Assembly: GCA_963662945.1 (NCBI GenBank)
Contig: OY759974.1
Location: 864,001-928,000 of the forward strand
Direction of reading: 5' to 3'
From: Arcobacteraceae bacterium
Lineage (GTDB): Bacteria; Campylobacterota; Campylobacteria; Campylobacterales; Arcobacteraceae
DNA length: 64,000 nucleotides
Position 1 is the stretch's first letter. Each line of letters opens with the position of its first letter. Both the position numbers and the translations under genes were made by a program. The notes beneath the pieces were generated by a model, which did not search any database, was not told where the DNA came from, and was given only the letters and a program-made list of their open reading frames with translations. Shown in pieces: positions 13,290 through 21,395 of the stretch.

Positions 13290-13459
13290 AGCTCAATCTA
13301 GTGTTAAGTTTTACATAAGATTAAAGGAAATAGCTTTATCAGTTAAGTTCTTTTTATTTGTTTAGACACTTAATATGCCTTAACCCAATGGCTATGTATC
13401 TTTAAGTCACGCGTAACTTCTTTGTTAATCTTATGTAAAACTTAACACTAGATTGAGCT
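13290..13459. repeat. ~170-bp MITE-like element, copy 2, with perfect 35-bp terminal inverted repeats
   Basis: AGCTCAATCTAGTGTTAAGTTTTACATAAGATTAA pairs with TTAATCTTATGTAAAACTTAACACTAGATTGAGCT. Flanked by GATACAAT at 13281-13288 and 13462-13469. Confidence 0.88.
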
Positions 13460-13496
13460 GTGATACAATTTGTACAATATAATTAAAGGAAACCTT

Positions 13497-13691
13497 ATGG
13501 AAGAGAGATTTATCGTATGTCCTTACTGTAGAGAACATATCTCTATACTTTTAGATACAGGAGTTGAAGGTATTTACAATATCATTGATGATTGTGAAGT
13601 GTGTTGTAGACCTATAGATATAACTTATGGTGTTGAAAACTTAGAGGTTATCGCTTTAGATTATAGAACTATAGAGGGAAATGAATTTTAA
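13497..13691 (+). CDS. CPXCG-motif cysteine-rich small protein
   Basis: CPYC...DCEVCCRP; ATG at 13497 follows an AAGGA RBS. Confidence 0.85.
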   Translation: MEERFIVCPYCREHISILLDTGVEGIYNIIDDCEVCCRPIDITYGVENLEVIALDYRTIEGNEF

Positions 13692-13699
13692 AAAGGAAA

Positions 13700-14294
13700 A
13701 TGATGGGATTTTTAAATAATATGTTCAATAAACTAAAACAGGCTACACGAGATAGATTTGTTTTAAATAAAGAGACAAACTCCATACAAATACTCCTAGA
13801 TAGTTCCCATGAACAATACTTCACACTAGAATTTGACACAATGAATATCAAAACACCACACGATCCAAATATCTTCAAAAGTACTGTCATAGATGCAAAT
13901 AATTCAAACCTTGGAGAACTCTATATAGAGGTAATTCAACTAGACCAAACACGATTGGAAGGGAAGTGCTGGAAGTTGTTTTGATATTTTTATCAAACAA
14001 GAGTTTCCCTCATCAAATTTTGAATTTATAAAAAGTTTTGATGATGATTTTGCTAAATTCACAAAATACCTTGTGGATGACAAATATGAAGTAGGCTTAA
14101 TCTGGTTTTCTTTAAATAAAGAAGATATTTTTATCTTTGATACAAAAGGGAAGCTTTTTAATGACTTACTAAAAATATATGGTGTAGAAAATAATGCTTA
14201 TTTTATAGAAAATTTTGAAACAAATAACTTTGTAGTAAAAAACAGTATTACAAAACTAAATATGATAGAAAACTTTATTGGTCATAAAGAGTAG
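13700..14294 (+). pseudogene. Hypothetical protein split by a +1 frameshift near 13950 (pseudogene or sequencing error)
   Basis: The frame of ORF 14073-14294 is open back to about 13950 (HDWKGSAGSCFDIFIKQEFP...). Removing one A from GACCAAACAC joins it to ORF 13700-13984. Confidence 0.7.
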
Positions 14295-14337
14295 TGTAGC
14301 TAAGTATTTGTTTTTTTGAGATTCATTAATTATTAAA

Positions 14338-14415
14338 ATAAGTTCGTTATTTACTAATGCTGTAATGTTTTACTCTAATTTTATCTCTCATGATTTCAAA
14401 TAACTTTTTAGCCAT
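14338..14415 (-). pseudogene. intI: Integron integrase N-terminal relic
   Basis: Minus strand after a GGAGA RBS reads MAKKLFEIMRDKIRVKHYSISK*RTY, matching the IntI N-terminus (..L...R..IR.KHYS..TE..Y). The in-frame TAA is one base from GAA (Glu). Homology is lost afterwards. Confidence 0.8.
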
Positions 14416-14429
14416 AATAATCTCCAATC

Positions 14430-14519
14430 TTAAATAAATATAAAACATAACATAATGTATATTTATTTTCTTATTTAAGGGTATTTTATATAGTATGTTA
14501 TACTAATAGATAGTTAGCT
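14430..14519 (+). other. Putative attI / Pc region of the decayed integron
   Basis: Lies between the divergent intI relic and the cassette. Core site G|TTAGCT at 14513-14519; extended -10 TGTTATACT at 14496-14504. Confidence 0.55.
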
Positions 14520-14541
14520 TAAAATATGAAAGGTAAAATAG

Positions 14542-15471
14542 ATGGGTATATTTGATTTATTTTCAAAAAGACAAAAAAGACTTCGTGGTGATGTTCCAGA
14601 TGTTTATCAGTATGAAGATATAAATAATAACTTTCGTGTTCAAGTTGTACATATTATAAGAGATACATTTGGAAGAGATCCTAATTATGGAACTCAACAT
14701 TCATCAACTGCATTTCATGAGATACATCGAATTCTTTGTAAAGAATATGGAGTATTTACACTAAAAGAATATGAAGATAATGATTTCAATAGAATTTATA
14801 ATTATTTTTTATCAGTTCAAGATTATGAAAAAGCACTAGATATAATTGAATTGAGTTTTAAAGTAATTGATAAAATTGTTAGAGGTAATCAATACCAAAG
14901 AGATACTTATGAAATAAAAACAACTCCCGATGAAGCAATAAATGAACTAAATGAAAGATTTAAGGAGCATGGAATTGGTTATCAATTTGAATCAAGTGAA
15001 CTTATAAGAATTGATTCTCAAATTATTCATGCGGATGTAGTAAAACCAACTCTAAATATTTTAAAAAATCAAATCTATGCCGGTGCAAATGAAGAATTTT
15101 TAAAAGCACATGAACATTATAGAAATAATAGAAATCAAGAATGCTTAAATGAATGTTTAAAATCTTTTGAAAGTGTTTTAAAAGCAATTTGTAGTAAAAA
15201 TAATTGGGAATATAGTCAAAATGATAATGCAAATAAATTAATAACTATTTGTTTTAATAATAATTTAATTCCAGACTATTTAAAATCACAATTTACATCA
15301 TTACAATCATTATTTACAAGTGGTGTACCAACAATAAGAAATCGTAATTCGGGACATGGACAAGGTGTTGAGCAAAGAAGTGTTACTAATGAAATGACAA
15401 GCTATATGTTACATTTAACAGCAACAAATATATTATTCTTAACAAAGCAAGAAGAACAATTAAACAACTAA
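14542..15471 (+). CDS. AbiJ-N-terminal/HEPN (STM4504/CBY_0614-like) putative abortive-infection protein, integron cassette gene
   Basis: N-terminus DLFSKRQKRLRGDVPDVYQY; C-terminal HEPN-like CLKSFESVLK and IRNRNSGHG (R...H). Confidence 0.75.
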   Translation: MGIFDLFSKRQKRLRGDVPDVYQYEDINNNFRVQVVHIIRDTFGRDPNYGTQHSSTAFHEIHRILCKEYGVFTLKEYEDNDFNRIYNYFLSVQDYEKALDIIELSFKVIDKIVRGNQYQRDTYEIKTTPDEAINELNERFKEHGIGYQFESSELIRIDSQIIHADVVKPTLNILKNQIYAGANEEFLKAHEHYRNNRNQECLNECLKSFESVLKAICSKNNWEYSQNDNANKLITICFNNNLIPDYLKSQFTSLQSLFTSGVPTIRNRNSGHGQGVEQRSVTNEMTSYMLHLTATNILFLTKQEEQLNN

Positions 15472-15472
15472 A

Positions 15473-15592
15473 AACTAACAAAACATTATGGATACTGCGG
15501 TTTTTTGAGCTTTTAAGTGTCGATTAAATAAAATATAAAAACAAGAATTTCAAGTCGTTAAATCCACTTGTTTCTCAACTTAGGCATTACAT
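15473..15592 (+). other. Degenerate attC site
   Basis: AACTAAC (R'') immediately after the stop codon, complementary 6/7 to GTTAGCT at the cassette start. Inner TGGAT/ATCCA pairing; ends TTTCTCAACTTAGGC-ATTACAT with the expected GTT replaced by ATT. Confidence 0.6.
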
Positions 15593-15593
15593 T

Positions 15594-16787
15594 CTACAAC
15601 TCAATAACTTTTTTCTTATCCAAACTCTTTCTCCCAGCTTCAAGTATTTTTGTCACATTTAATGTATTTTGAATAGTTGGTAAAGTTTTATTATATTCTT
15701 TTAATCTCTTTGTATCTTTTTGAAGCTCTTTTGCACTTTTTATAAATGTAGCGATACTTTTATATCCATACCCATCTTGCCCTACAAACTTCCCATCTTT
15801 TGGAGTATATTTCATAAAAAGTGGATTGGAACTTTTAAAACCATTGGTGTCTGTACTTTGGGTATATCCTCTATGAGCTTGGTCTATATTTATCTCCCCT
15901 TTTTCACCCATATAGAAAAATCTTTGTTGAGAGTGTACATCTGCTGGTGGTGCTATCCACGAAGCTGTGTGGATACTTGTTCCTAAACTTCCATCTTTTA
16001 TATTTTCCCATTGTACTGTTAATGTTATAGTATCTTCTACATCTCGTTTGAGTTTTTTATTTGCAACACCCGTTGAAGCTGTTGCGTATACTGAGATTGG
16101 TTTAGCTATATCTTCTAGTGTCCAACATAAAAAATCAATATGATGAGAGTTAAGATAGTAGCTTATATCACTACTTATCCCAGCCCACGAAGCAAAAGTG
16201 TCAAGTTGTGATTTTGGTTGTGACATATAGCTATTAAAATAGGAAAAGTCACCAAATGTTCTGATATTGTCTCTCGCATCTGCATAGATTGGATCAAATC
16301 TTTTATGCACCTCTAACATCAAAAGAAGATTGTTTTTTGTAGCTAGTTTTTGAAGTTTTTTATGCTCTTTTGTTGTTTTTACTAAGGGTTTTGCTACAAG
16401 TGTATGCATCCCAGATTTTAGTGCGTATTGTGCTATCTCAAAGTGTGTATCATCTGGGGTAAAGATAAGCACTGCCGAGCCTTTTTTTAAACTATCTATT
16501 GCATTTTTATAAGCTGTATCACTTTTGGTATTTTTTTGTGGAAAACCTTCAAATGAAGTGTTTAATGTAGGATAAAAAGCTTTCATATTAGTATCAAAAT
16601 GTTCTTTAATAATAGTAAACTTATCACCATCTCTACCAGCTAGTTTGATATTTTTTATAAGTCCTTGCTCTTTTAGGTCAAATAAACTTAAAGCAATAAC
16701 ACCTAAACTTTTATCAGAATTAGCCTTTTTATCTCCACTCAATCCTGTAACATATTCACCAATACCAACCACACATACATCTATCAT
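15594..16787 (-). CDS. Gfo/Idh/MocA-family oxidoreductase, GaaA (D-galacturonate reductase)-like
   Basis: VGIGEYVTG, IFTPDDTH, HKRFDP, YMSQPKSQL, SDISYYLNSHHID, EDTITLTV. Confidence 0.85.
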   Translation of the reverse strand: MIDVCVVGIGEYVTGLSGDKKANSDKSLGVIALSLFDLKEQGLIKNIKLAGRDGDKFTIIKEHFDTNMKAFYPTLNTSFEGFPQKNTKSDTAYKNAIDSLKKGSAVLIFTPDDTHFEIAQYALKSGMHTLVAKPLVKTTKEHKKLQKLATKNNLLLMLEVHKRFDPIYADARDNIRTFGDFSYFNSYMSQPKSQLDTFASWAGISSDISYYLNSHHIDFLCWTLEDIAKPISVYATASTGVANKKLKRDVEDTITLTVQWENIKDGSLGTSIHTASWIAPPADVHSQQRFFYMGEKGEINIDQAHRGYTQSTDTNGFKSSNPLFMKYTPKDGKFVGQDGYGYKSIATFIKSAKELQKDTKRLKEYNKTLPTIQNTLNVTKILEAGRKSLDKKKVIEL

Positions 16788-16876
16788 TTTAAATTTACCC
16801 CAATTATTAATTTTATTACCACTTCTATAGCTACTTTTTCATATAATACCAAAAATAAATTATATAAAAGTATATT

Positions 16877-17077
16877 ATGAAACAACTAGAAAAAGATTTA
16901 CAAGAAGCATATAAATTACGATTTGAATTTTTCAATCTTTATGAAAATAAAGAGGAAAAATGGCACAAAAAATATTCCCACCATCCGTTATATCTTTTAG
17001 TTATAGAAAGTTTTCAATATCCATTTTCAGAGATTGGCGTACAAATGCCAAAACTAATTGAAGAATTTAACAAATAA
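16877..17077 (+). CDS. Small hypothetical protein
   Basis: 66-aa ORF in an intergenic gap with plausible codon usage. Confidence 0.55.
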   Translation: MKQLEKDLQEAYKLRFEFFNLYENKEEKWHKKYSHHPLYLLVIESFQYPFSEIGVQMPKLIEEFNK

Positions 17078-17085
17078 AATACACA

Positions 17086-17820
17086 CTATAAATCTATCAT
17101 CATAACTTGACCGGCTTGTACGCCAAGTTTTTCAAGTTGTATTTTTGAACGGGCATTTTTGGAGTTCATCTTTTCTTCATGATACTCTTCTCTTTTATTT
17201 GATTCCCAAGTTGTATTCCAAACTACACTAGATAAGTTTATCACTTTTGCATTCATAGTGTTTGGTTTGAGTTGTTGTAAAAGTGAGATTGTAACAACCT
17301 CTTCAATTCCCCCTGGAATATCCTCTAAATTTCCACTTGAAATACTTAAAAAACCTGTTAAAGAAAGTTTTTCTAGATTCCAAAGTGCCAATGTATTCCA
17401 AGGACTATTCCAACCGTTTATGATGCAAGTTTCATTTTTAGCCCCATGTCTATCATGAAGTTTTGCACCAACGACTAAAGTATTTTCATCTAGATAACTC
17501 TCTAATCTTTGCATATCTTCCAAGGAAATTTCTACCTCGATACTTTGAAAAAGCAACTCTTTTGCACCTATTGAAAGTGCTTTTTCTACAAGTAAATTTA
17601 AAGGTTGTGTAAAACTTATCCAAGGTTCTATATGAAATATTTCTATTCTCTCTTTAAACTCTTCTTTAGCATTTTGTATTGCATTGAGGTATTTTGTATC
17701 AACAACTACAATAAGTTTGTCACAATAATTTAATACATGTGTACACCACTTATAAATCAAAGATGGATCTATAAGAACATTTTCATTTGTTGTATGAAGT
17801 CTTGTAGCTACAATTCGCAA
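17086..17820 (-). CDS. Uncharacterised protein (possible GT-A/nucleotidyltransferase-like fold)
   Basis: 244-aa ORF starting (TTG) 3 bp after the ligase stop. Motif-like blocks PWISF, LLFQSIE, SPWNTLALW, GGIEEV. Confidence 0.7.
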   Translation of the reverse strand: MRIVATRLHTTNENVLIDPSLIYKWCTHVLNYCDKLIVVVDTKYLNAIQNAKEEFKERIEIFHIEPWISFTQPLNLLVEKALSIGAKELLFQSIEVEISLEDMQRLESYLDENTLVVGAKLHDRHGAKNETCIINGWNSPWNTLALWNLEKLSLTGFLSISSGNLEDIPGGIEEVVTISLLQQLKPNTMNAKVINLSSVVWNTTWESNKREEYHEEKMNSKNARSKIQLEKLGVQAGQVMMIDL

Positions 17821-17823
17821 ATT

Positions 17824-19521
17824 TTATTTTCCTAATACTATTTCACTATTTTTTATTTTATTATACAATATTTGATCCAACTCAAGATATTGACCATCAA
17901 TTAACACAAAATGTTTAGCTTTTTTATAGTTTTCAATTCCCTCTTTTGCCAACGCCGTTTTTTGTATTTTTAATGTTGATGTAGTAGTATGTTTCTCTTT
18001 TGCCAATTTTACAATATAAGGTAAAGCATACGATGGTAACTTCTCTTGTAATTTATTTAAAAATATATCGAGATTGAGTTGCTCTTTAGTTACAAGTGAA
18101 GCCATTCCTATTTTACCATCAAGATTAGGTAAACTGATTCCATATACTGCAACCTCATCAAACTCTCCACACGTATAAATGCTCTCTTCTACATCAACAC
18201 AAGCTATATTCTCACCTTTAAATCTATAGGTATCCCCTAATCTTTCTATAAATGTATAAAAACCATCTTCTGTAGAACTTAACAGATCGCCACTTTTCCA
18301 CCATACATCACCAGTTTCAAAAAGATTTCGATACAGCTTTGTTTCATCTAAACTACTATCAAGATAGCCTTTATAAATTCCACTTGGTACTTTAAAAAGT
18401 GCCTGACCATTTTCTCCATAAGAAACTACTTTGTAATTTTCATCTACAAGCACCATCTCATTGAGTCTTGGGTCATCGGCAGGTAAATATCCACAAAAGC
18501 CGTGAACATCATACCAATTTGTTAAAGCCCCTGCTGGCATCTCTGTTGAACCAAAATGTTCCACCACATGAGATATATCAAATTGTTCTACAACTTTATC
18601 CCACAAACTTTTTGTTAGACCATTTCCAAATATCACTTGTAAATATTTATTTGGATTGGTATCATATTTATTTAAAATATATCGCCAAAGCTCTCCAATA
18701 TAAACCATATAGTTACATCTATAACTATTAATATCTTCAAAAAAATGTGTAGTTGAAAACTTTATCCGTATAGTTGCTGTTGCATTTGCGTATATAACAC
18801 TACTAAACGCAACCGCAAGTGCATTTCCATGATAGAGTGGTAGTGGAATATAGCAGTTGTCATCACTTGTCATCCCTGTTCGTAAACTCCAAGCAACTCC
18901 TGCCCCAATAGCACGTCTATGAGAAAATAATGCACCCTTACTAGGTCCACTTGTTCCACTTGTGAAGATAACAAAAGCTGGGTCATCAAGAGAAGTTGAA
19001 AGAGAAAAGTCATAAATTAAAGGTTGTAGTTTCTTTTGAAGTATCTTTTGAATATTATAATTTTCCAAACTATTTATGGGATTTCCAAATACTATTTTTG
19101 TATCGCTGTACTTTGCTAGCTCTTCAAGTCTATTATCTGGTTCTCTATTATTAAAAAGTATTGCTAATTTTCCAGCTTTATTAATACCTATAACTGTTGC
19201 TAAAAAATAAAAACTATTATGATAATTCACCCCAATTTGATATTCTTGTGTTGTATTAAGTAAAAAATTTTTGATTTTATTGGAAGCTATTTCAAGTTCT
19301 TCATAGGTATACGAGTTATTTGTATCAACTTCATTGATGACTATTTGTTTTGGAGTTTGTTGTGCTTTGAAAGAAAAAAGTGCTCCCCAGTTTGTGAGTT
19401 TGGTTTCTTTGATTTCATCCCAACATTTTTGTTCTTTTAAGGAGAGAGTTTCATATAAAAACTCCATCCCCTCTTTTGTAGTATTCTGTTTTTTTATTGA
19501 ATTTAAAAATTCAACATTCAT
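17824..19521 (-). CDS. FATP/FadD6-type long-chain acyl-CoA synthetase
   Basis: IFTSGTSGPSKG AMP-binding motif, YIGELWRY, WWKSGDLL, RLGDTYRFKGENI FATP signature. Confidence 0.88.
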   Translation of the reverse strand: MNVEFLNSIKKQNTTKEGMEFLYETLSLKEQKCWDEIKETKLTNWGALFSFKAQQTPKQIVINEVDTNNSYTYEELEIASNKIKNFLLNTTQEYQIGVNYHNSFYFLATVIGINKAGKLAILFNNREPDNRLEELAKYSDTKIVFGNPINSLENYNIQKILQKKLQPLIYDFSLSTSLDDPAFVIFTSGTSGPSKGALFSHRRAIGAGVAWSLRTGMTSDDNCYIPLPLYHGNALAVAFSSVIYANATATIRIKFSTTHFFEDINSYRCNYMVYIGELWRYILNKYDTNPNKYLQVIFGNGLTKSLWDKVVEQFDISHVVEHFGSTEMPAGALTNWYDVHGFCGYLPADDPRLNEMVLVDENYKVVSYGENGQALFKVPSGIYKGYLDSSLDETKLYRNLFETGDVWWKSGDLLSSTEDGFYTFIERLGDTYRFKGENIACVDVEESIYTCGEFDEVAVYGISLPNLDGKIGMASLVTKEQLNLDIFLNKLQEKLPSYALPYIVKLAKEKHTTTSTLKIQKTALAKEGIENYKKAKHFVLIDGQYLELDQILYNKIKNSEIVLGK

Positions 19522-19534
19522 ATTTTCACTTAGT

Positions 19535-21322
19535 TTATTTTTTATTATCTACATAATGTATAGCATCTTTGATACTATAATCTTCATTTTTCAATGCTTC
19601 AATTATTTCACATAAATAAGTAAGACCATTTCCATTTATTCCATCAACAGAGATTTCTCTCTTTTCTTCTGTTTTTCGTGAAATAATTTCAACTAAACCA
19701 TCTTCAAGTTTTTTACCAACAACAACAGAATAAGGGAAACCAATAAGTTCAAAATCAGCCATTTTAGAACCATAAGTATCTTTTTTTCCTTTTCTATCAT
19801 CAAAAATAGTATCTATTTTATAAGTTCTTGTAAGTTTTTGATAGATTTGTTCTGCCATATCAAATTCAACTTCTTTTTTTCCATTTGATACAATTACATC
19901 TACAAAATAAGGAGCTGTTTCTTTTGTCCAAATACACCCTTTTTCATCATGACTTTGCTCAACTACTGCTGCAATTAGTCTACTTACACCTATCCCATAT
20001 GTTCCCATAATAAATGGTTGTGATTTTCCATTTGCATCTAAAAAGTTTGCCCCTAAAGGTTCACTATAAACTGTACCTAACTGAAAAATATGCCCAGCTT
20101 CAATCCCTTTTGTATATCCTAATGTTCCACCACAGCATTTACAAACATTTCCCTCTTGAACTGCACATAAATCAGCATAAATATCTTCCTCTTTACAACA
20201 AACATCAACTCCACATAAATGATAATTTACCTCATTTGCTCCACATACCATATCATGAGAATCTTTTAGTTCTTTATCAATTTTATAAAGAATATTTGCA
20301 GGTAAATCTACAAGTCCAACATACCCTGCACATAATCCAGCAGCTTCTATATCTTCTATTGTTGCATCATCTAATTCTAAAGCATTTACACTATTACAAG
20401 CTTTTGTCTCTTCAAGTTCATCGTCACCTCTTACAAAAAATACTACAACTTTAGATTCTTCTTCATAAATAGCTTTTTTGATAACTGCTTTGATTGTTTG
20501 AGATGGTTTGATTTTTAAAAATGAACTCACCTCATCAATAGTTGTAAGATTTGGTGTTTCTACTTTTCCACTTCTATCAAGCTTTACAGTATCTATAGTT
20601 CTAGGTTCTCTTACTGCAGCTTCAATATTTGCACCATATTCACAGTTATCACATACAACTATTGTATCTTCTCCACTGTCTGCTATGACATGAAATTCTT
20701 TACTTCCAGTTCCACCAATAGCTCCACTATCTGCTTCAACTACTCTAAAATCAAGACCAAGTCTTGTGAAGATTTTTTTATAAGTTTCTTCCATAAGTGC
20801 AAATTCTCTTTGCATATCTTCAACAGATTCATGAAAAGAATATCCATCTTTCATAAGAAACTCTCTTCCTCTCATAAGTCCAAATCGAGGTCGTGCTTCA
20901 TCTCTAAATTTTGTATTGATTTGATATAAGTTTAGTGGTAAATCTTTATAGCTAGTTACTCTATTTTTTACTAACTCTACCATCGCTTCTTCATTTGTAG
21001 GGCTTAATACAAAATCATTATTTTTTCTATCTTTGATTCGTAACATCTCTAACCCCATCTTAGAGGCTCTACCACTTCTTTGCCAAAGTTCATAAGGGGT
21101 AACAAAACCTAATTGTACTTCACTACAACCCGCATTATCTAACTCCTCTTTTACAACCGCTCTTATCTTATCAAGAACAATTTTTCCTAAAGGCATATAG
21201 TTATAAAGTCCACTTCCTTGTTGATTGATAAATCCAGCTCTTATTAAAAACTGGTGAGATGGAAGTGTTGCATCATTTGGTGTTTCTTTTGTTGTTGGTA
21301 TAAAACAGTTTGAAAATTTCAT
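19535..21322 (-). CDS. proS: Proline--tRNA ligase
   Basis: [24 protein letters not shown] editing domain, [17 protein letters not shown]. Confidence 0.97.
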   Translation of the reverse strand: MKFSNCFIPTTKETPNDATLPSHQFLIRAGFINQQGSGLYNYMPLGKIVLDKIRAVVKEELDNAGCSEVQLGFVTPYELWQRSGRASKMGLEMLRIKDRKNNDFVLSPTNEEAMVELVKNRVTSYKDLPLNLYQINTKFRDEARPRFGLMRGREFLMKDGYSFHESVEDMQREFALMEETYKKIFTRLGLDFRVVEADSGAIGGTGSKEFHVIADSGEDTIVVCDNCEYGANIEAAVREPRTIDTVKLDRSGKVETPNLTTIDEVSSFLKIKPSQTIKAVIKKAIYEEESKVVVFFVRGDDELEETKACNSVNALELDDATIEDIEAAGLCAGYVGLVDLPANILYKIDKELKDSHDMVCGANEVNYHLCGVDVCCKEEDIYADLCAVQEGNVCKCCGGTLGYTKGIEAGHIFQLGTVYSEPLGANFLDANGKSQPFIMGTYGIGVSRLIAAVVEQSHDEKGCIWTKETAPYFVDVIVSNGKKEVEFDMAEQIYQKLTRTYKIDTIFDDRKGKKDTYGSKMADFELIGFPYSVVVGKKLEDGLVEIISRKTEEKREISVDGINGNGLTYLCEIIEALKNEDYSIKDAIHYVDNKK

Positions 21323-21395
21323 TATTTGTTATTCCTAGTATTATTTGAAGTGTGTATTTTACTATAAACTTACTTATAGCAAATATTTAAATCAT

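Noticed and set aside
11436-13459. The ~170-bp repeats as attC sites or a CRISPR array
   Set aside because: GTTAAGT and ACTTAAC occur in the reverse order to attC, the arms lack extrahelical bases, there are only two copies in opposite orientation, and there are no spacers or cas genes.
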